The position numbers and the translations under genes are program-made. A model generated the notes under the pieces. It saw only the letters and a list, made by a program, of their open reading frames with translations. It was not told where the DNA came from and did no database searches. A stretch of 64,000 nt of DNA, taken from contig CAWVRN010000014.1 of the NCBI GenBank assembly GCA_963932905.1, forward strand, positions 1 to 64,000. The letters run 5' to 3'. This DNA comes from an uncultured Bdellovibrio sp. GTDB lineage: Bacteria; Bdellovibrionota; Bdellovibrionia; Bdellovibrionales; Bdellovibrionaceae. Below, piece by piece: positions 49,898 to 59,590 of this stretch; position 1 is the stretch's first letter; every line of letters begins with the position of its first letter.

Positions 49898-50862
49898 TCC
49901 AACTTTTTCTTAAAGTAATCAATGATTTGATCGCGTATTTTCAAGAATTCGCCTTCGATCATGGCGCCCGACGCGTGATGGTGTCCACCGCCGCCAAAAA
50001 GTTCGGAAACTTCAAGTACATCCAGCGTAGATTTCGAGCGAAAACTAATTTTATATCTATTTTTTGTGTCTTCGCGGAAAAGAATTGCTGCTTCTACGCA
50101 ATCGATATCCAAAATTTTATCAACGACATCGCGCGTGTCTTCGGGGGTTAAGCCAAACTCTTCAATATCCTTTGTGTGAATAAGAACTATGGCGACTTTG
50201 TTATCCACGTAATAGGCTATTTTGCCTAAAGCCTTAGATATAAAACTGATTTTTTCGGGAGTCTGTCCGCCAAATAAATTGCGATGAATCGCCTCAGGTG
50301 ACGGGATTAGAGGCAATAGCTCGATGGCGATTTGGTGAGATGCTACGGAACGACGTACATAGCGAAAAAGTTGCGTATCAAAGACGACACTTAAATATAG
50401 CGATTCCGCAATCTGAGGGTCCAGTGGAACATCTAAATATTTAATTACGTTGTACGCGATTTCTCCAGTGCTAGCCGCCGTCGTATCAATGAAGGCTTTG
50501 GCGGGTAATGGGCCCGATTTTAATAGAGGATGGTGATCAACAAAGACGATATTTTTACAAACAGTTTGAATTTCAGAAAATAGGGGCTCGATCAAGCGTT
50601 CATCGTTGGTATCGAAAATTAAACACAGATCGATAGGTCCGTCGAAAAGAGTCGGGCGGAATAAAGTGAACAAGTCTTTATTTAGAAAATTCTCATAGCG
50701 CTTGGGTAGTAGGTCCACGTGCACGATTTGTACATCTTTTCCAATCTTTTTAAGGGCATAGAATAGCGCCAGTTCAGAGCCTAAACCATCGCCGTCACAA
50801 TCTTTATGAGTGGTTAGTACAATTTTTTGCGAATTTTTGATCAGGTCGACTAGTGGTTTCAA
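49894..50862 (-). CDS. nrnA: DHH family phosphoesterase (NrnA-like)
   Basis: THKDCDGDGLGS, VDHH, AASTGE, DT, SFRS, GGGGHHHASG. Confidence 0.9.
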   Translation of the reverse strand: MKPLVDLIKNSQKIVLTTHKDCDGDGLGSELALFYALKKIGKDVQIVHVDLLPKRYENFLNKDLFTLFRPTLFDGPIDLCLIFDTNDERLIEPLFSEIQTVCKNIVFVDHHPLLKSGPLPAKAFIDTTAASTGEIAYNVIKYLDVPLDPQIAESLYLSVVFDTQLFRYVRRSVASHQIAIELLPLIPSPEAIHRNLFGGQTPEKISFISKALGKIAYYVDNKVAIVLIHTKDIEEFGLTPEDTRDVVDKILDIDCVEAAILFREDTKNRYKISFRSKSTLDVLEVSELFGGGGHHHASGAMIEGEFLKIRDQIIDYFKKKLE

Positions 50863-51061
50863 AATCCCTCACGTGGTAACAAAGACGATATCTTTTAAGA
50901 GTATAAGTGTTTGGGATTTTAGGGATTGATAACGCATCAGGTCGTGATAAACTAATCCTTTGTATTGCTCTAAGTCGAATAATCGGCTAAAAAAAACGGC
51001 CTCAGATGGGAACTGTCCCCAACTGAGCGATTTATTTTGCAAAGTGTTAAACGAGGACCAT

Positions 51062-51538
51062 ATGAGTGATAAAATGCCCATGACCATTAACGGGAAAAAT
51101 ATGTTGGACCAAGAGTTAAAACGTCTGACGTTTGAAGAGCGTCCACGTATTATTAAAGCTATAGAAGAAGCTCGTTCCCACGGCGATATCTCTGAGAATG
51201 CCGAATATGATGCCGCTAAGGAGCGTCAATCGCTCATCGAGGGGCGTATTGGCGATATCCAAAATAAATTAGCTACGGCAGAAGTCGTAGATCCTAAATT
51301 AATCAAATCAGATAAAATTGTTTTCGGAGCAACCGTTGAACTTTGTGATCTAGATACCGATGAAAAGTCACACTATCAAATCGTTGGTGTGGATGAATCA
51401 GACGTAAAATTAGGCAAAGTTTCTATTTTATCTCCTATCGCACGTGCCTTGATTGGCAAAACAAAAGGCGATGTGATCGTAGTTCAATCTCCAAAAGGTG
51501 ACAAAGAATTCGAAGTTCTTGATTTTAAATTTGTCTAA
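51062..51538 (+). CDS. greA: transcription elongation factor GreA
   Basis: ARSHGDISENAEYDAAKE, VFGATV, SPIARALIGK; GAGGA RBS. Confidence 0.97.
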   Translation: MSDKMPMTINGKNMLDQELKRLTFEERPRIIKAIEEARSHGDISENAEYDAAKERQSLIEGRIGDIQNKLATAEVVDPKLIKSDKIVFGATVELCDLDTDEKSHYQIVGVDESDVKLGKVSILSPIARALIGKTKGDVIVVQSPKGDKEFEVLDFKFV

Positions 51539-51547
51539 TTCCTATAA

Positions 51548-53479
51548 TTGATTCCAGCTGTGGAATATAAAAACGATAGACGCCCAATTAAAGAAAATGA
51601 CCTGGTTTCGGAACAACCAGGTTTTTTTATTTTATTCATAGGTCTTATGTTTTCGATCATCGTGGGTTTGTCGATCAAAACGGCTGCTCAATCCGATTGG
51701 TTTCGGGCTCGTTTATCCGAAGCAATTTCTAACGTTGGTAAAGACTGGCGGATTCAGCATGGGACAGTGGGGCTCTATTTTCAAGATGGGATAAAGCCCG
51801 CAATTGGCCTTTATGCCAATGACGTGAAAATTGCGTCGGAATCCAGCTGTTATATGAAATCCGGCGGATTTGCACAGCGGGTAAAAATCCCCCTTTCGAT
51901 CATTAAATATCTTATCGATGGTCAACTGGTGAGTGAAATCGAAATACAAGATTTTAAAATTGAAATTACAGAAAAAACTCCCGTATGTAACACAAAAAAT
52001 GCAACGGCAGCTAGTAGTTTGGGTGTTGTTGAAGTAAAAAAGAAAAACCAGATCACTATTGTTGATCGTGTCGAGAAGTCGACTTTGCGCAATGAAATTG
52101 AACGCGTCAGAATCAACCGCTTAGAAGTTTATTATCCTCATGAAAAATATGACTATTTTTCATTAAAAAATATCGTTATTGAAAATCGCTCTTCGCATCC
52201 AAAAATTCTTTTTATGGAAGGGGATGTTGACTTAAATCCTTTAATTAAATCAGCTGACGGCAAGAAATTAGCGAATCTAAAAATTGAGTATAATGAATTT
52301 CCTGAGAAAACTATAAAGTCGAATCTTTTAGGATCGCTGCGTGAAGGATTCTTTTCTATTCAACTTGTTAACCGAATAGAAGATAAGAAATTTCAACTGC
52401 AAGCCGAATTAAAAAATGTTTCACTATCTTTTGTTAAAAGTTTTGCGGCCGAAGTTCCAAAAGATATTAATGTGAAATCTAATTGGGTTAGTTTGAAACT
52501 GTATGCTGAAGGTTTGGTGGATTCCCTGATGGCTTCGACTGCGGAAGTTAAAGACGTTGTAGTAAATGGAGATTTAGGTGAGTTTTCGATCGAGACCCTA
52601 AATTTTGCTCATGGAGTTGGGCAGGGACCGAATCCATTTGAGCTAAAAATGAAAGGTGTCGACTTGTCTAAGGTTTTCACGCTCAATGCGGGAATAAAAA
52701 TTCCAGACCAGATTGAAAGCATGGGTTATTTGGACGGTCAGATTAATTACCTGACAGATTCAGATATCAAGCTCAATGGTGCAGTGAAAGGATTAGAAGT
52801 TGTTTTCTCTGCCAATAGCAATAGAAAAACCGAAGTGGTAGGTGTTGATCGGCTAACGGGTGTCTGGTCAAAGAAACGACTACTTTTAGATGCGGCTGAG
52901 ATAAAAAACGAGCAAGGCGCAATTGACGGTGCTGTTCATTTAAAGACCGAAGACCTTAAGTCGTTTGAGCTTGATGCTTTGTTGAAAAATATAAAATTAG
53001 CGAGTGATGTTTCTGAATTGGTGACTGGTGTAGACGCGCCTCTGTTTGTAGATGAGGTCGGGTTTAAAGCTCAAGGTAATTCACATTCTGTAAATTATAA
53101 AGCTCAAGGTAAACTAAAGTCTGTTTCGCATCAGTATTTTGACATGGCTAACGTCGTTTTTTCTGTGTCGGGTAACACAAATAAAAGTCAGGAAATTGAA
53201 GTAAAGGCTGATCGCTGGCAGAATACAGAGAAGACGAAAAAAAGTCTGTTAACGTTCGGCTTGGAATTGCCTGAGATTGTAGTTAAACCGAAAATTAAAA
53301 TGACTCAGACATCAGAAGCGGCGCAATTGAAAATTGATTCACAGAGTTCGTTCAGGATGAATGCAGCTCTTGTTGGTGGAACTGACCGCAGAAACGATAT
53401 AAGCGGTGCGATCATCACAAAAGACCAAGAATGGAAGATTTATGGGACCCGAGACAATTTTAAAATCGATAAAAAATGA
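51548..53479 (+). CDS. hypothetical AsmA-like membrane-anchored beta-rich protein
   Basis: 643-aa ORF, N-terminal TM followed by a long beta-rich region. Confidence 0.55.
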   Translation: MIPAVEYKNDRRPIKENDLVSEQPGFFILFIGLMFSIIVGLSIKTAAQSDWFRARLSEAISNVGKDWRIQHGTVGLYFQDGIKPAIGLYANDVKIASESSCYMKSGGFAQRVKIPLSIIKYLIDGQLVSEIEIQDFKIEITEKTPVCNTKNATAASSLGVVEVKKKNQITIVDRVEKSTLRNEIERVRINRLEVYYPHEKYDYFSLKNIVIENRSSHPKILFMEGDVDLNPLIKSADGKKLANLKIEYNEFPEKTIKSNLLGSLREGFFSIQLVNRIEDKKFQLQAELKNVSLSFVKSFAAEVPKDINVKSNWVSLKLYAEGLVDSLMASTAEVKDVVVNGDLGEFSIETLNFAHGVGQGPNPFELKMKGVDLSKVFTLNAGIKIPDQIESMGYLDGQINYLTDSDIKLNGAVKGLEVVFSANSNRKTEVVGVDRLTGVWSKKRLLLDAAEIKNEQGAIDGAVHLKTEDLKSFELDALLKNIKLASDVSELVTGVDAPLFVDEVGFKAQGNSHSVNYKAQGKLKSVSHQYFDMANVVFSVSGNTNKSQEIEVKADRWQNTEKTKKSLLTFGLELPEIVVKPKIKMTQTSEAAQLKIDSQSSFRMNAALVGGTDRRNDISGAIITKDQEWKIYGTRDNFKIDKK

Positions 53480-54236
53480 CTGGGCCAGTTGGCCCTTAAT
53501 GTTAGGTAAGTTTTCTGATTGGAATCATGATTGGAAGTTGCCGAACGTACAAGCTCATCGTGGTTATCATCAAAACTCAATCGTTGAAAATTCACTAGAG
53601 GCATTGGCGGCGGCCAAATCGAATGGATATCAAATGGCCGAAGTGGATGTTCAGATCACTCGTGATGGAACTCCAGTATTATTTCATGATTTTAGTTTAC
53701 GTGGACGATATCGATTAAATGTGAACGTATCTGAATTATCCTATGCGGACTTAATACGTATCGGAATGTTTCCCAGATTAGAAGATGTGCTAATGACTAG
53801 TGACAGACCTGAATTTCTGAATATAGAAATTAAAAGCAAAAACTTCTATCAGTTTCCCGTAGAAGATGCTGTTGCTGAATTGGTAAAAAAACAGGATTGT
53901 GTAGATCGGATTATGGTTTCAAGCTTTAATCCGTGGGCTTTGTTGCGTTTGAAATTTTTGAATCGCGATATAACTCGTGCTTTGCTGGTGACGGATGAGC
54001 CAGAAATTTGGAATTTTTATTACCTTCGCCGTATGTGGACAGTGCCTTTGATTGAGCCTCACGTTCTCAACATCAGGTACTCTATGTTTAACAATAATTT
54101 AATTTCAAAATTAAAGAACTTTAATGTTTTGACTTCGGCTTGGACAGTTAATGATATTAATGTCGCAAAAGACCTTATGGCTTTGGGTGTTAATAGTATT
54201 ATTTCGGATACACTTAAGCCACAGAATTTAACATAA
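53406..54236 (+). CDS. glycerophosphodiester phosphodiesterase (start uncertain)
   Basis: AHRG, ENSLEA, EVDVQITRDG.PVLFHD, NIEIK, SSFN, WTVN, IISD. Confidence 0.92.
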   Translation: MRSSQKTKNGRFMGPETILKSIKNDWASWPLMLGKFSDWNHDWKLPNVQAHRGYHQNSIVENSLEALAAAKSNGYQMAEVDVQITRDGTPVLFHDFSLRGRYRLNVNVSELSYADLIRIGMFPRLEDVLMTSDRPEFLNIEIKSKNFYQFPVEDAVAELVKKQDCVDRIMVSSFNPWALLRLKFLNRDITRALLVTDEPEIWNFYYLRRMWTVPLIEPHVLNIRYSMFNNNLISKLKNFNVLTSAWTVNDINVAKDLMALGVNSIISDTLKPQNLT

Positions 54237-54332
54237 GATTTCGACGTTTCATTATCAAACAAAACCATTCCCAACGTTCTTAATTGAACTGAAATCGGCT
54301 ATACTGTTTCTAACAGGATAACAGGAGCACCT

Positions 54333-54854
54333 ATGAAAATTTCAATCGTATTGCTATTACTGAGTTCATTGTCATTCGCAGAGCCCATTGCAGAAGTTGA
54401 GTTCAAAGCAATGGGGCAAAAGGTAACGGCCACTTCGAAAATCGTGAAAGGAAAAGTTGTTGTGCAAAACGGCGAATACATTCCTCAAAACGTTTCGGTG
54501 GATTTAAAAACGTTAACAACCAACATGGCACCTCGTGATGATCACATGAGAAATAAATATCTTGAAGTGGGTAAGTATCCAGAAGCGATCTTAACATCCG
54601 GTAAAGGCAAAGATGGCAATGGAATTGGAAAAATTAAAATTAAAGGTATCGAAAAAGATATCAAAGGCACATACAAGGCCTTGAACGATAAAGAAGTGGA
54701 AGCTAAGTTTGACTTAAATCTGCCAGATTTTGGAATCACCGGTATTCGATACGCTGGCGTAGGAGTTAAAGACAACGTCAGTGTGCGCGTCGTGCTTCCA
54801 TTAGAAAAAGGAGCAGCGACTGCGGCAGCTCCCGCTCCGGCAAAGAAAAAATAA
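54333..54854 (+). CDS. YceI family protein
   Basis: signal peptide; VDLKTLTT...RDDHMRNKYLEVGKYP, DFGI. Confidence 0.85.
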   Translation: MKISIVLLLLSSLSFAEPIAEVEFKAMGQKVTATSKIVKGKVVVQNGEYIPQNVSVDLKTLTTNMAPRDDHMRNKYLEVGKYPEAILTSGKGKDGNGIGKIKIKGIEKDIKGTYKALNDKEVEAKFDLNLPDFGITGIRYAGVGVKDNVSVRVVLPLEKGAATAAAPAPAKKK

Positions 54855-54855
54855 T

Positions 54856-55350
54856 TTAGATTGATCCGTCTTCGATATTCACAACTTCGGCGGCATCGCT
54901 GCCTTCAACGGCGCTCGCCGGAGCTGATGTGTCTTGTTGAGGTGCTACTTCAGTTGTCGCGCCTCTTACAGGCAAAGATTTTCCAGACGTTTTTTTAGAC
55001 GGTAGACCAGCGGATTTTACAGCTACCGATTTTGATGATCCTTTGCCTTTCTTTTTCATAACAATAGTAGCTTCATCGCCACCTTTGATTTCATCTAGTT
55101 GAGCTTTTTGAGTTAGGCTCATTTTCTTCATTTCACCGTCATAGTATGACTTTAGTTCCTGAAGTTTGGATTGGTATTCTTTACGAATTTCTTCAATTTT
55201 TTGTGTTCGAGATTCTTTTACGCACGACTGATAGGTCGTAATAGCCGTTTCTTTGGCTTGAACGCGGCACTCAGTATCAATCGAGTCCATTGAAGCAAAA
55301 CTTACATGAGCAGTGAGTAAAACAAGTAGAAAACGAACCATGGTAACCAT
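54856..55350 (-). CDS. hypothetical secreted protein
   Basis: signal peptide, Cys pair, coiled coil, low-complexity tail. Confidence 0.65.
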   Translation of the reverse strand: MVTMVRFLLVLLTAHVSFASMDSIDTECRVQAKETAITTYQSCVKESRTQKIEEIRKEYQSKLQELKSYYDGEMKKMSLTQKAQLDEIKGGDEATIVMKKKGKGSSKSVAVKSAGLPSKKTSGKSLPVRGATTEVAPQQDTSAPASAVEGSDAAEVVNIEDGSI

Positions 55351-55494
55351 CCCTTTTGTCGGCGTTTGTAGCCATAAAATGGTTAGCGAAAATCGTGCCT
55401 TAGGAAACAGTCATATACAGGGTTTAATTCGGTTTTTAAAAACCAAAGTGACTAGAATGGTTACAGAGTCTGATCTTTTTACAATGTGGAAAGA

Positions 55495-56271
55495 TTATTT
55501 AATGAACAGATTTTTTTCAGCATCCGTCATTAATCTCCAGCGCCCTTCGGGTAAAGAACCTAACGGTAGCTTTCCAATGCGTACTCGTTTTAATCCAAGG
55601 ACCTCAAGGCCAACCATTTCACACATTTTTCTGATTTGGCGTTTCTTGCCTTCTTTAAGGATGAATTTTAATTGGTCTTCGTTTAACCACGATACGTGTG
55701 CCGGTTTTAAAGCTTCGCCATCAATAGATAAACCATGATTTAAAAGATCGAATCCTTCTTCTGTCAAATCTCCACGTACACGTACGATGTATTCTTTCTC
55801 GATATCTGAATCTTCGCCGATGATGGCTTTTACTAGTCGTCCATCATGAGTTAGAATAAGTAAACCCTGTGATTCTATATCTAGGCGTCCAACGACGGAA
55901 AGATTTTTCGGTGCATTTTCAATAGCGCGCCAGAAATCTTTTGGTAGATCGTTTTCAAGATCACCATGGAAGCGATCACCAGTAATTAAATCTAACGCTT
56001 GTTTGTAGCTACGTTCCGGTAAGTTAGATACATAGCCAACTGGTTTGTTTAAAATCACGGTGATTATCTTTTTCTGTGCGGCCATGGCTTCTGATTCTAA
56101 AGAAATGCGAACATCACGAGTCACTTTGTGACCCAGCTCGGATACTTTAATGCCATTGACATACACTTGGCCTTTAGAGATTAACTCGTCAGCTTCGCGG
56201 CGGGAACATAGACCCCGTTCGGACATTAATTTCGATAGACGTAGGATATCAGTAGTTGATTCGGTAGACAC
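55495..56271 (-). CDS. RsuA/RluF family rRNA pseudouridine synthase
   Basis: S4 domain RLSKLMSERGLCSRREAD, NKPVGY, VGRLDIESQGL, EGKKRQIRKM; GAGAGG RBS before GTG 56271. Confidence 0.93.
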   Translation of the reverse strand: MSTESTTDILRLSKLMSERGLCSRREADELISKGQVYVNGIKVSELGHKVTRDVRISLESEAMAAQKKIITVILNKPVGYVSNLPERSYKQALDLITGDRFHGDLENDLPKDFWRAIENAPKNLSVVGRLDIESQGLLILTHDGRLVKAIIGEDSDIEKEYIVRVRGDLTEEGFDLLNHGLSIDGEALKPAHVSWLNEDQLKFILKEGKKRQIRKMCEMVGLEVLGLKRVRIGKLPLGSLPEGRWRLMTDAEKNLFIK

Positions 56272-56302
56272 GGTTAACCTCTCGGTAATGATGAGGCTCG
56301 GA

Positions 56303-56689
56303 CTATAGCGTAAGCTCCACAAAAATGGAATCCATTTCAAATAGACGAAGGCATTTCAACTGATAAGGGGCGGGTAATACGATTTGACCCTTAAAGTATA
56401 AGGAAATATTTTCAGTCGTTGGCACCAGATCTTTGAAGTAAGGTATATCAAAGTTCAAATGAGCATGGTCTATCTTACTGATAATCGGTTTAAGAACGGC
56501 CTGAATCGCAGAATGGGCAACTTCTATGTTTTGTTCGCCGATTTCAATTTCTACCTGAAGTCTGTAATTGTGACCATGGCCGTGTTCAGAGTAGCACTTA
56601 CCAAACGTATCTTTATTTTTCTGATCCGACCAATTTTTCTGATGATACAGATGGGCTGATGAAAATTCGTAAGTTAATGCAATCTTCAT
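56303..56689 (-). CDS. 6-pyruvoyl-tetrahydropterin synthase / QueD family
   Basis: FSSAH, FGKCYSEHGHGHNY, DHAHLN, PTTENI. Confidence 0.9.
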   Translation of the reverse strand: MKIALTYEFSSAHLYHQKNWSDQKNKDTFGKCYSEHGHGHNYRLQVEIEIGEQNIEVAHSAIQAVLKPIISKIDHAHLNFDIPYFKDLVPTTENISLYFKGQIVLPAPYQLKCLRLFEMDSIFVELTL

Positions 56690-57429
56690 TTGATGTTGAT
56701 TCCGCCATCAACATCTAGAATAGCTCCTGTTGTCCAAGAACTTTGTTCTGAGGCTAAAAAATAAATAGCCTCAGCGATGTCACTTGGTTTTCCCATACGA
56801 GCCAGTGGTTGCAAGGAATGCATTTGTTCTAGTGTCTTCGCTTTTGTCGCCACGTCTAATTTGTCAAAACCATGAATGGGTGTTTCGACGATGCCTGGGG
56901 AAACGCAGTTGACTCGTATGCCGAATCCAGCCCCTTCCAGCGCTAGAGTTTTGGTCAAGTTTTGGATCGCTGCCTTAGACGCTGAGTACGCACTTGTTGA
57001 TGGGGTCGGTTTGTAGGCGAGGGTGGATGAAACCATCACAATAGAGCCCCTTTGCTTGCGTTTAAAGTGAGGAAATGCCATTGCACTCAGTTGGGCCACT
57101 GAGCTGACATTCACTTGAAACATAAGACGCCAATGGTCTGCGGTGAATTCGTCAATCTTTTGATATGAGAAAATTCCCGCATTATTCACAAGGATATCTA
57201 GCTGACTGAAATCAACTTTAGATTCTAGTGATTCGATTTGTTTGGTGTCAGATAAATCGCAGGTGATTATTTTTGAATTAGGTAATTGTTTATGGAGTTC
57301 GGAAAGGCGTTTTTCATCGCGTGCTAAGAGGTAGATGAAGTAGCCGGCTTGGTGAAATTTTTGAGCGGTGGCGTATCCGATGCCGCTTGAAGCACCAGTG
57401 ATAAGGGCAGACTGACCTGTTTGTTTCAT
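56686..57429 (-). CDS. SDR family oxidoreductase
   Basis: TGASSGIG, NNAG, YSASKAA, IRVNCVSPG, VDGG. Confidence 0.95.
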   Translation of the reverse strand: MKQTGQSALITGASSGIGYATAQKFHQAGYFIYLLARDEKRLSELHKQLPNSKIITCDLSDTKQIESLESKVDFSQLDILVNNAGIFSYQKIDEFTADHWRLMFQVNVSSVAQLSAMAFPHFKRKQRGSIVMVSSTLAYKPTPSTSAYSASKAAIQNLTKTLALEGAGFGIRVNCVSPGIVETPIHGFDKLDVATKAKTLEQMHSLQPLARMGKPSDIAEAIYFLASEQSSWTTGAILDVDGGINIK

Positions 57430-57488
57430 GAGACCTCTTCCTATAAGGCCTCTATATTAGCTAAATTAAATTAAAAAGGGAACTATAA

Positions 57489-57716
57489 CTAAGCGGCTTT
57501 TTTCTTAGCAGCCATGAAATGCTGATATTTTTTATCAAAGTCTAAAGCTTGTTTGCCTTCTTTAGTGATCAAGCCAGCTTTGAACCATTCGAAATGCTCT
57601 GCGCAGAAAGAAGCGCGTGTGTGTTTAGCTTTACAGCCTTCAGCCTGGCAACGAGCATCAGCAAGAGATACGACATTGTTTGGTACTAGATTTGGTTTTT
57701 TGTCTTTGTCAGCCAT
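57489..57716 (-). CDS. small hypothetical Cys/His protein
   Basis: AGGAGG RBS; CQAEGC...FCAEH. Confidence 0.7.
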   Translation of the reverse strand: MADKDKKPNLVPNNVVSLADARCQAEGCKAKHTRASFCAEHFEWFKAGLITKEGKQALDFDKKYQHFMAAKKKAA

Positions 57717-57885
57717 TAGAACCTCCTTAGGTCTTAATACGTTGATAGAGACCAGATCGGATCTATTACCTAAACCTTTAGAGGGTAATTACGATTTAAG
57801 CCTTTGAATTTGTCTACTATTTCGACAGTAACGACAAGATTTGCATTTCTTTAATATTAGTTCGAGTTGAGGTATAACTAGACCT

Positions 57886-58920
57886 GTGAAATTTTTGTTA
57901 TCGACGATTATTTTCTTCATTAGCGTAACAATGCAATCACTGGCAAGTGATTGTGGCTATGTCAATTTGTCAAAGTATTTTGGTAAACCTTATGATCAGC
58001 AAGACATCGGTTGGTGTTATGCTTTTTCCGCTTCGGATTTACTCACTTACAAGAATCGAAAAGTTTTAAATGGCCAAGCCATCTCCCCATTACACATGGC
58101 TTTGTTGCAAAACTTAAATGCTGCTGAAAAGATGAGTGCGGACTCTGGATCAGTAACTACAGCGATACGAATGGCTACCTATCCATTTGATGAGTCCAAT
58201 ACCAGTGCTTTTTTTAAAGGTGTGTGTTTAGCCACAGTCGATAAGGAACTCATTGATCCTAATGCTACGATTGGTCTTCGAAAGCAATTCACTCAATTAA
58301 GTCATTTAAAAACTGTGTATGATTCCTCGGTAGCCAAGCACGGCGGAAAGCTTTTTGTTGATTTTTATTCGAAAATTTTCCTGGTTAACCCGTTGGTTTA
58401 TAAAATTGACATAGTGTCACTACAGTCTATTCTGCGCGATTCACGCCCCACAGAAGTCGGTTTGAAATATTTAGATAGATTTTGTCCCTACTCAGGTCGT
58501 TTTAAGTCCCATACTTCTGAAAGTCCTTTGTTTTTCTACGTAGGCGGCGAAATTAACCATGTGCCGCAGAAAGGCCCAACCGTTACAACCAAAATTACCG
58601 ACCCAAAACAGATTTTAGAGATGGTTCATGCTCAGCTTGATATCGAAAACGTATCCAGCATAAACTATTACCCTGACTTTATGAGACGAGGCGGCTTTGA
58701 GAATAATCACACGGATCGACATGCATCGACGGTGGTTGGTCGCGAGAAGGTGGGAAATGTATGTCACATCATTATCAGAAATAGTTGGGGCGGCTGTAAA
58801 AATAAAAAAGGCGAATATTTGTATTCGCCCCATGTCAGCAAGTGCGAAGATGGTTATTTATGGGTGCCCGAAAGCAAGCTAGCAAAGCATCTTGAAGGAA
58901 TCACTTTTTTGAAGAATTAA
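57886..58920 (+). CDS. secreted papain-like (C1) cysteine protease
   Basis: DQQDIGWCYAFS, RHASTVVG, IIRNSWG, GYLW. Confidence 0.85.
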   Translation: MKFLLSTIIFFISVTMQSLASDCGYVNLSKYFGKPYDQQDIGWCYAFSASDLLTYKNRKVLNGQAISPLHMALLQNLNAAEKMSADSGSVTTAIRMATYPFDESNTSAFFKGVCLATVDKELIDPNATIGLRKQFTQLSHLKTVYDSSVAKHGGKLFVDFYSKIFLVNPLVYKIDIVSLQSILRDSRPTEVGLKYLDRFCPYSGRFKSHTSESPLFFYVGGEINHVPQKGPTVTTKITDPKQILEMVHAQLDIENVSSINYYPDFMRRGGFENNHTDRHASTVVGREKVGNVCHIIIRNSWGGCKNKKGEYLYSPHVSKCEDGYLWVPESKLAKHLEGITFLKN

Positions 58921-59546
58921 TCACCAGGTTGAGTTAGCGGTAGCCGCATGCGGCCCCAGTTCACTTCTTCGAAATAGCGATCAGCAGCGTTTTGGCGATT
59001 GCGGTCGGCCATCAAAACAACATCTACGAACTTAGTTTTAGTTTCTTCATCTTTTGTGAAATCCAAACTATTCAACTTGACCTTAAAAGTAAATCGGCCT
59101 TTGTTGCTCGATGGAAATGGGATTGTTTGAACAGTATCGCCTTTAGCATTTTTAATTTCCACGCGAAATTTGCTGTACACTGTTTTTTCTTTAAAGTTTT
59201 GTTTTATTTCGTCAGTGATATCTTGAGTAAATTCCGTTTTGACGGATTTTAATTTCGACCATTTGTTTTTAGCGCACTCAACAAATTGAATTTCAAATTC
59301 AGCTGTAGTGATAGATCCTGATTTTTTAGAATCGATCATATTGAAGGTGATAGGTTGCAAGAAATTTGTGTTAGGTGGGCTTGATTCTGAACATTCGGCT
59401 CCAAATCCGCCAATTACCTTTACATTCGTCAATTCCTCCGACGCTGCTAGAGCGGGTCGAAGGATGGAAATTAACGTAACTAAATACATGAATTTAACTA
59501 GTAATGTTCTAATAGATACGATTTCGACAAAGTTATGTGTTTTCAT
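58917..59546 (-). CDS. hypothetical secreted protein
   Basis: 209-aa ORF, hydrophobic N-terminal segment ending in ALA. Confidence 0.6.
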   Translation of the reverse strand: MKTHNFVEIVSIRTLLVKFMYLVTLISILRPALAASEELTNVKVIGGFGAECSESSPPNTNFLQPITFNMIDSKKSGSITTAEFEIQFVECAKNKWSKLKSVKTEFTQDITDEIKQNFKEKTVYSKFRVEIKNAKGDTVQTIPFPSSNKGRFTFKVKLNSLDFTKDEETKTKFVDVVLMADRNRQNAADRYFEEVNWGRMRLPLTQPGD

Positions 59547-59590
59547 ATACCTAAATATATGTACAAACTATCGGCCACTCAATAAAGTGT

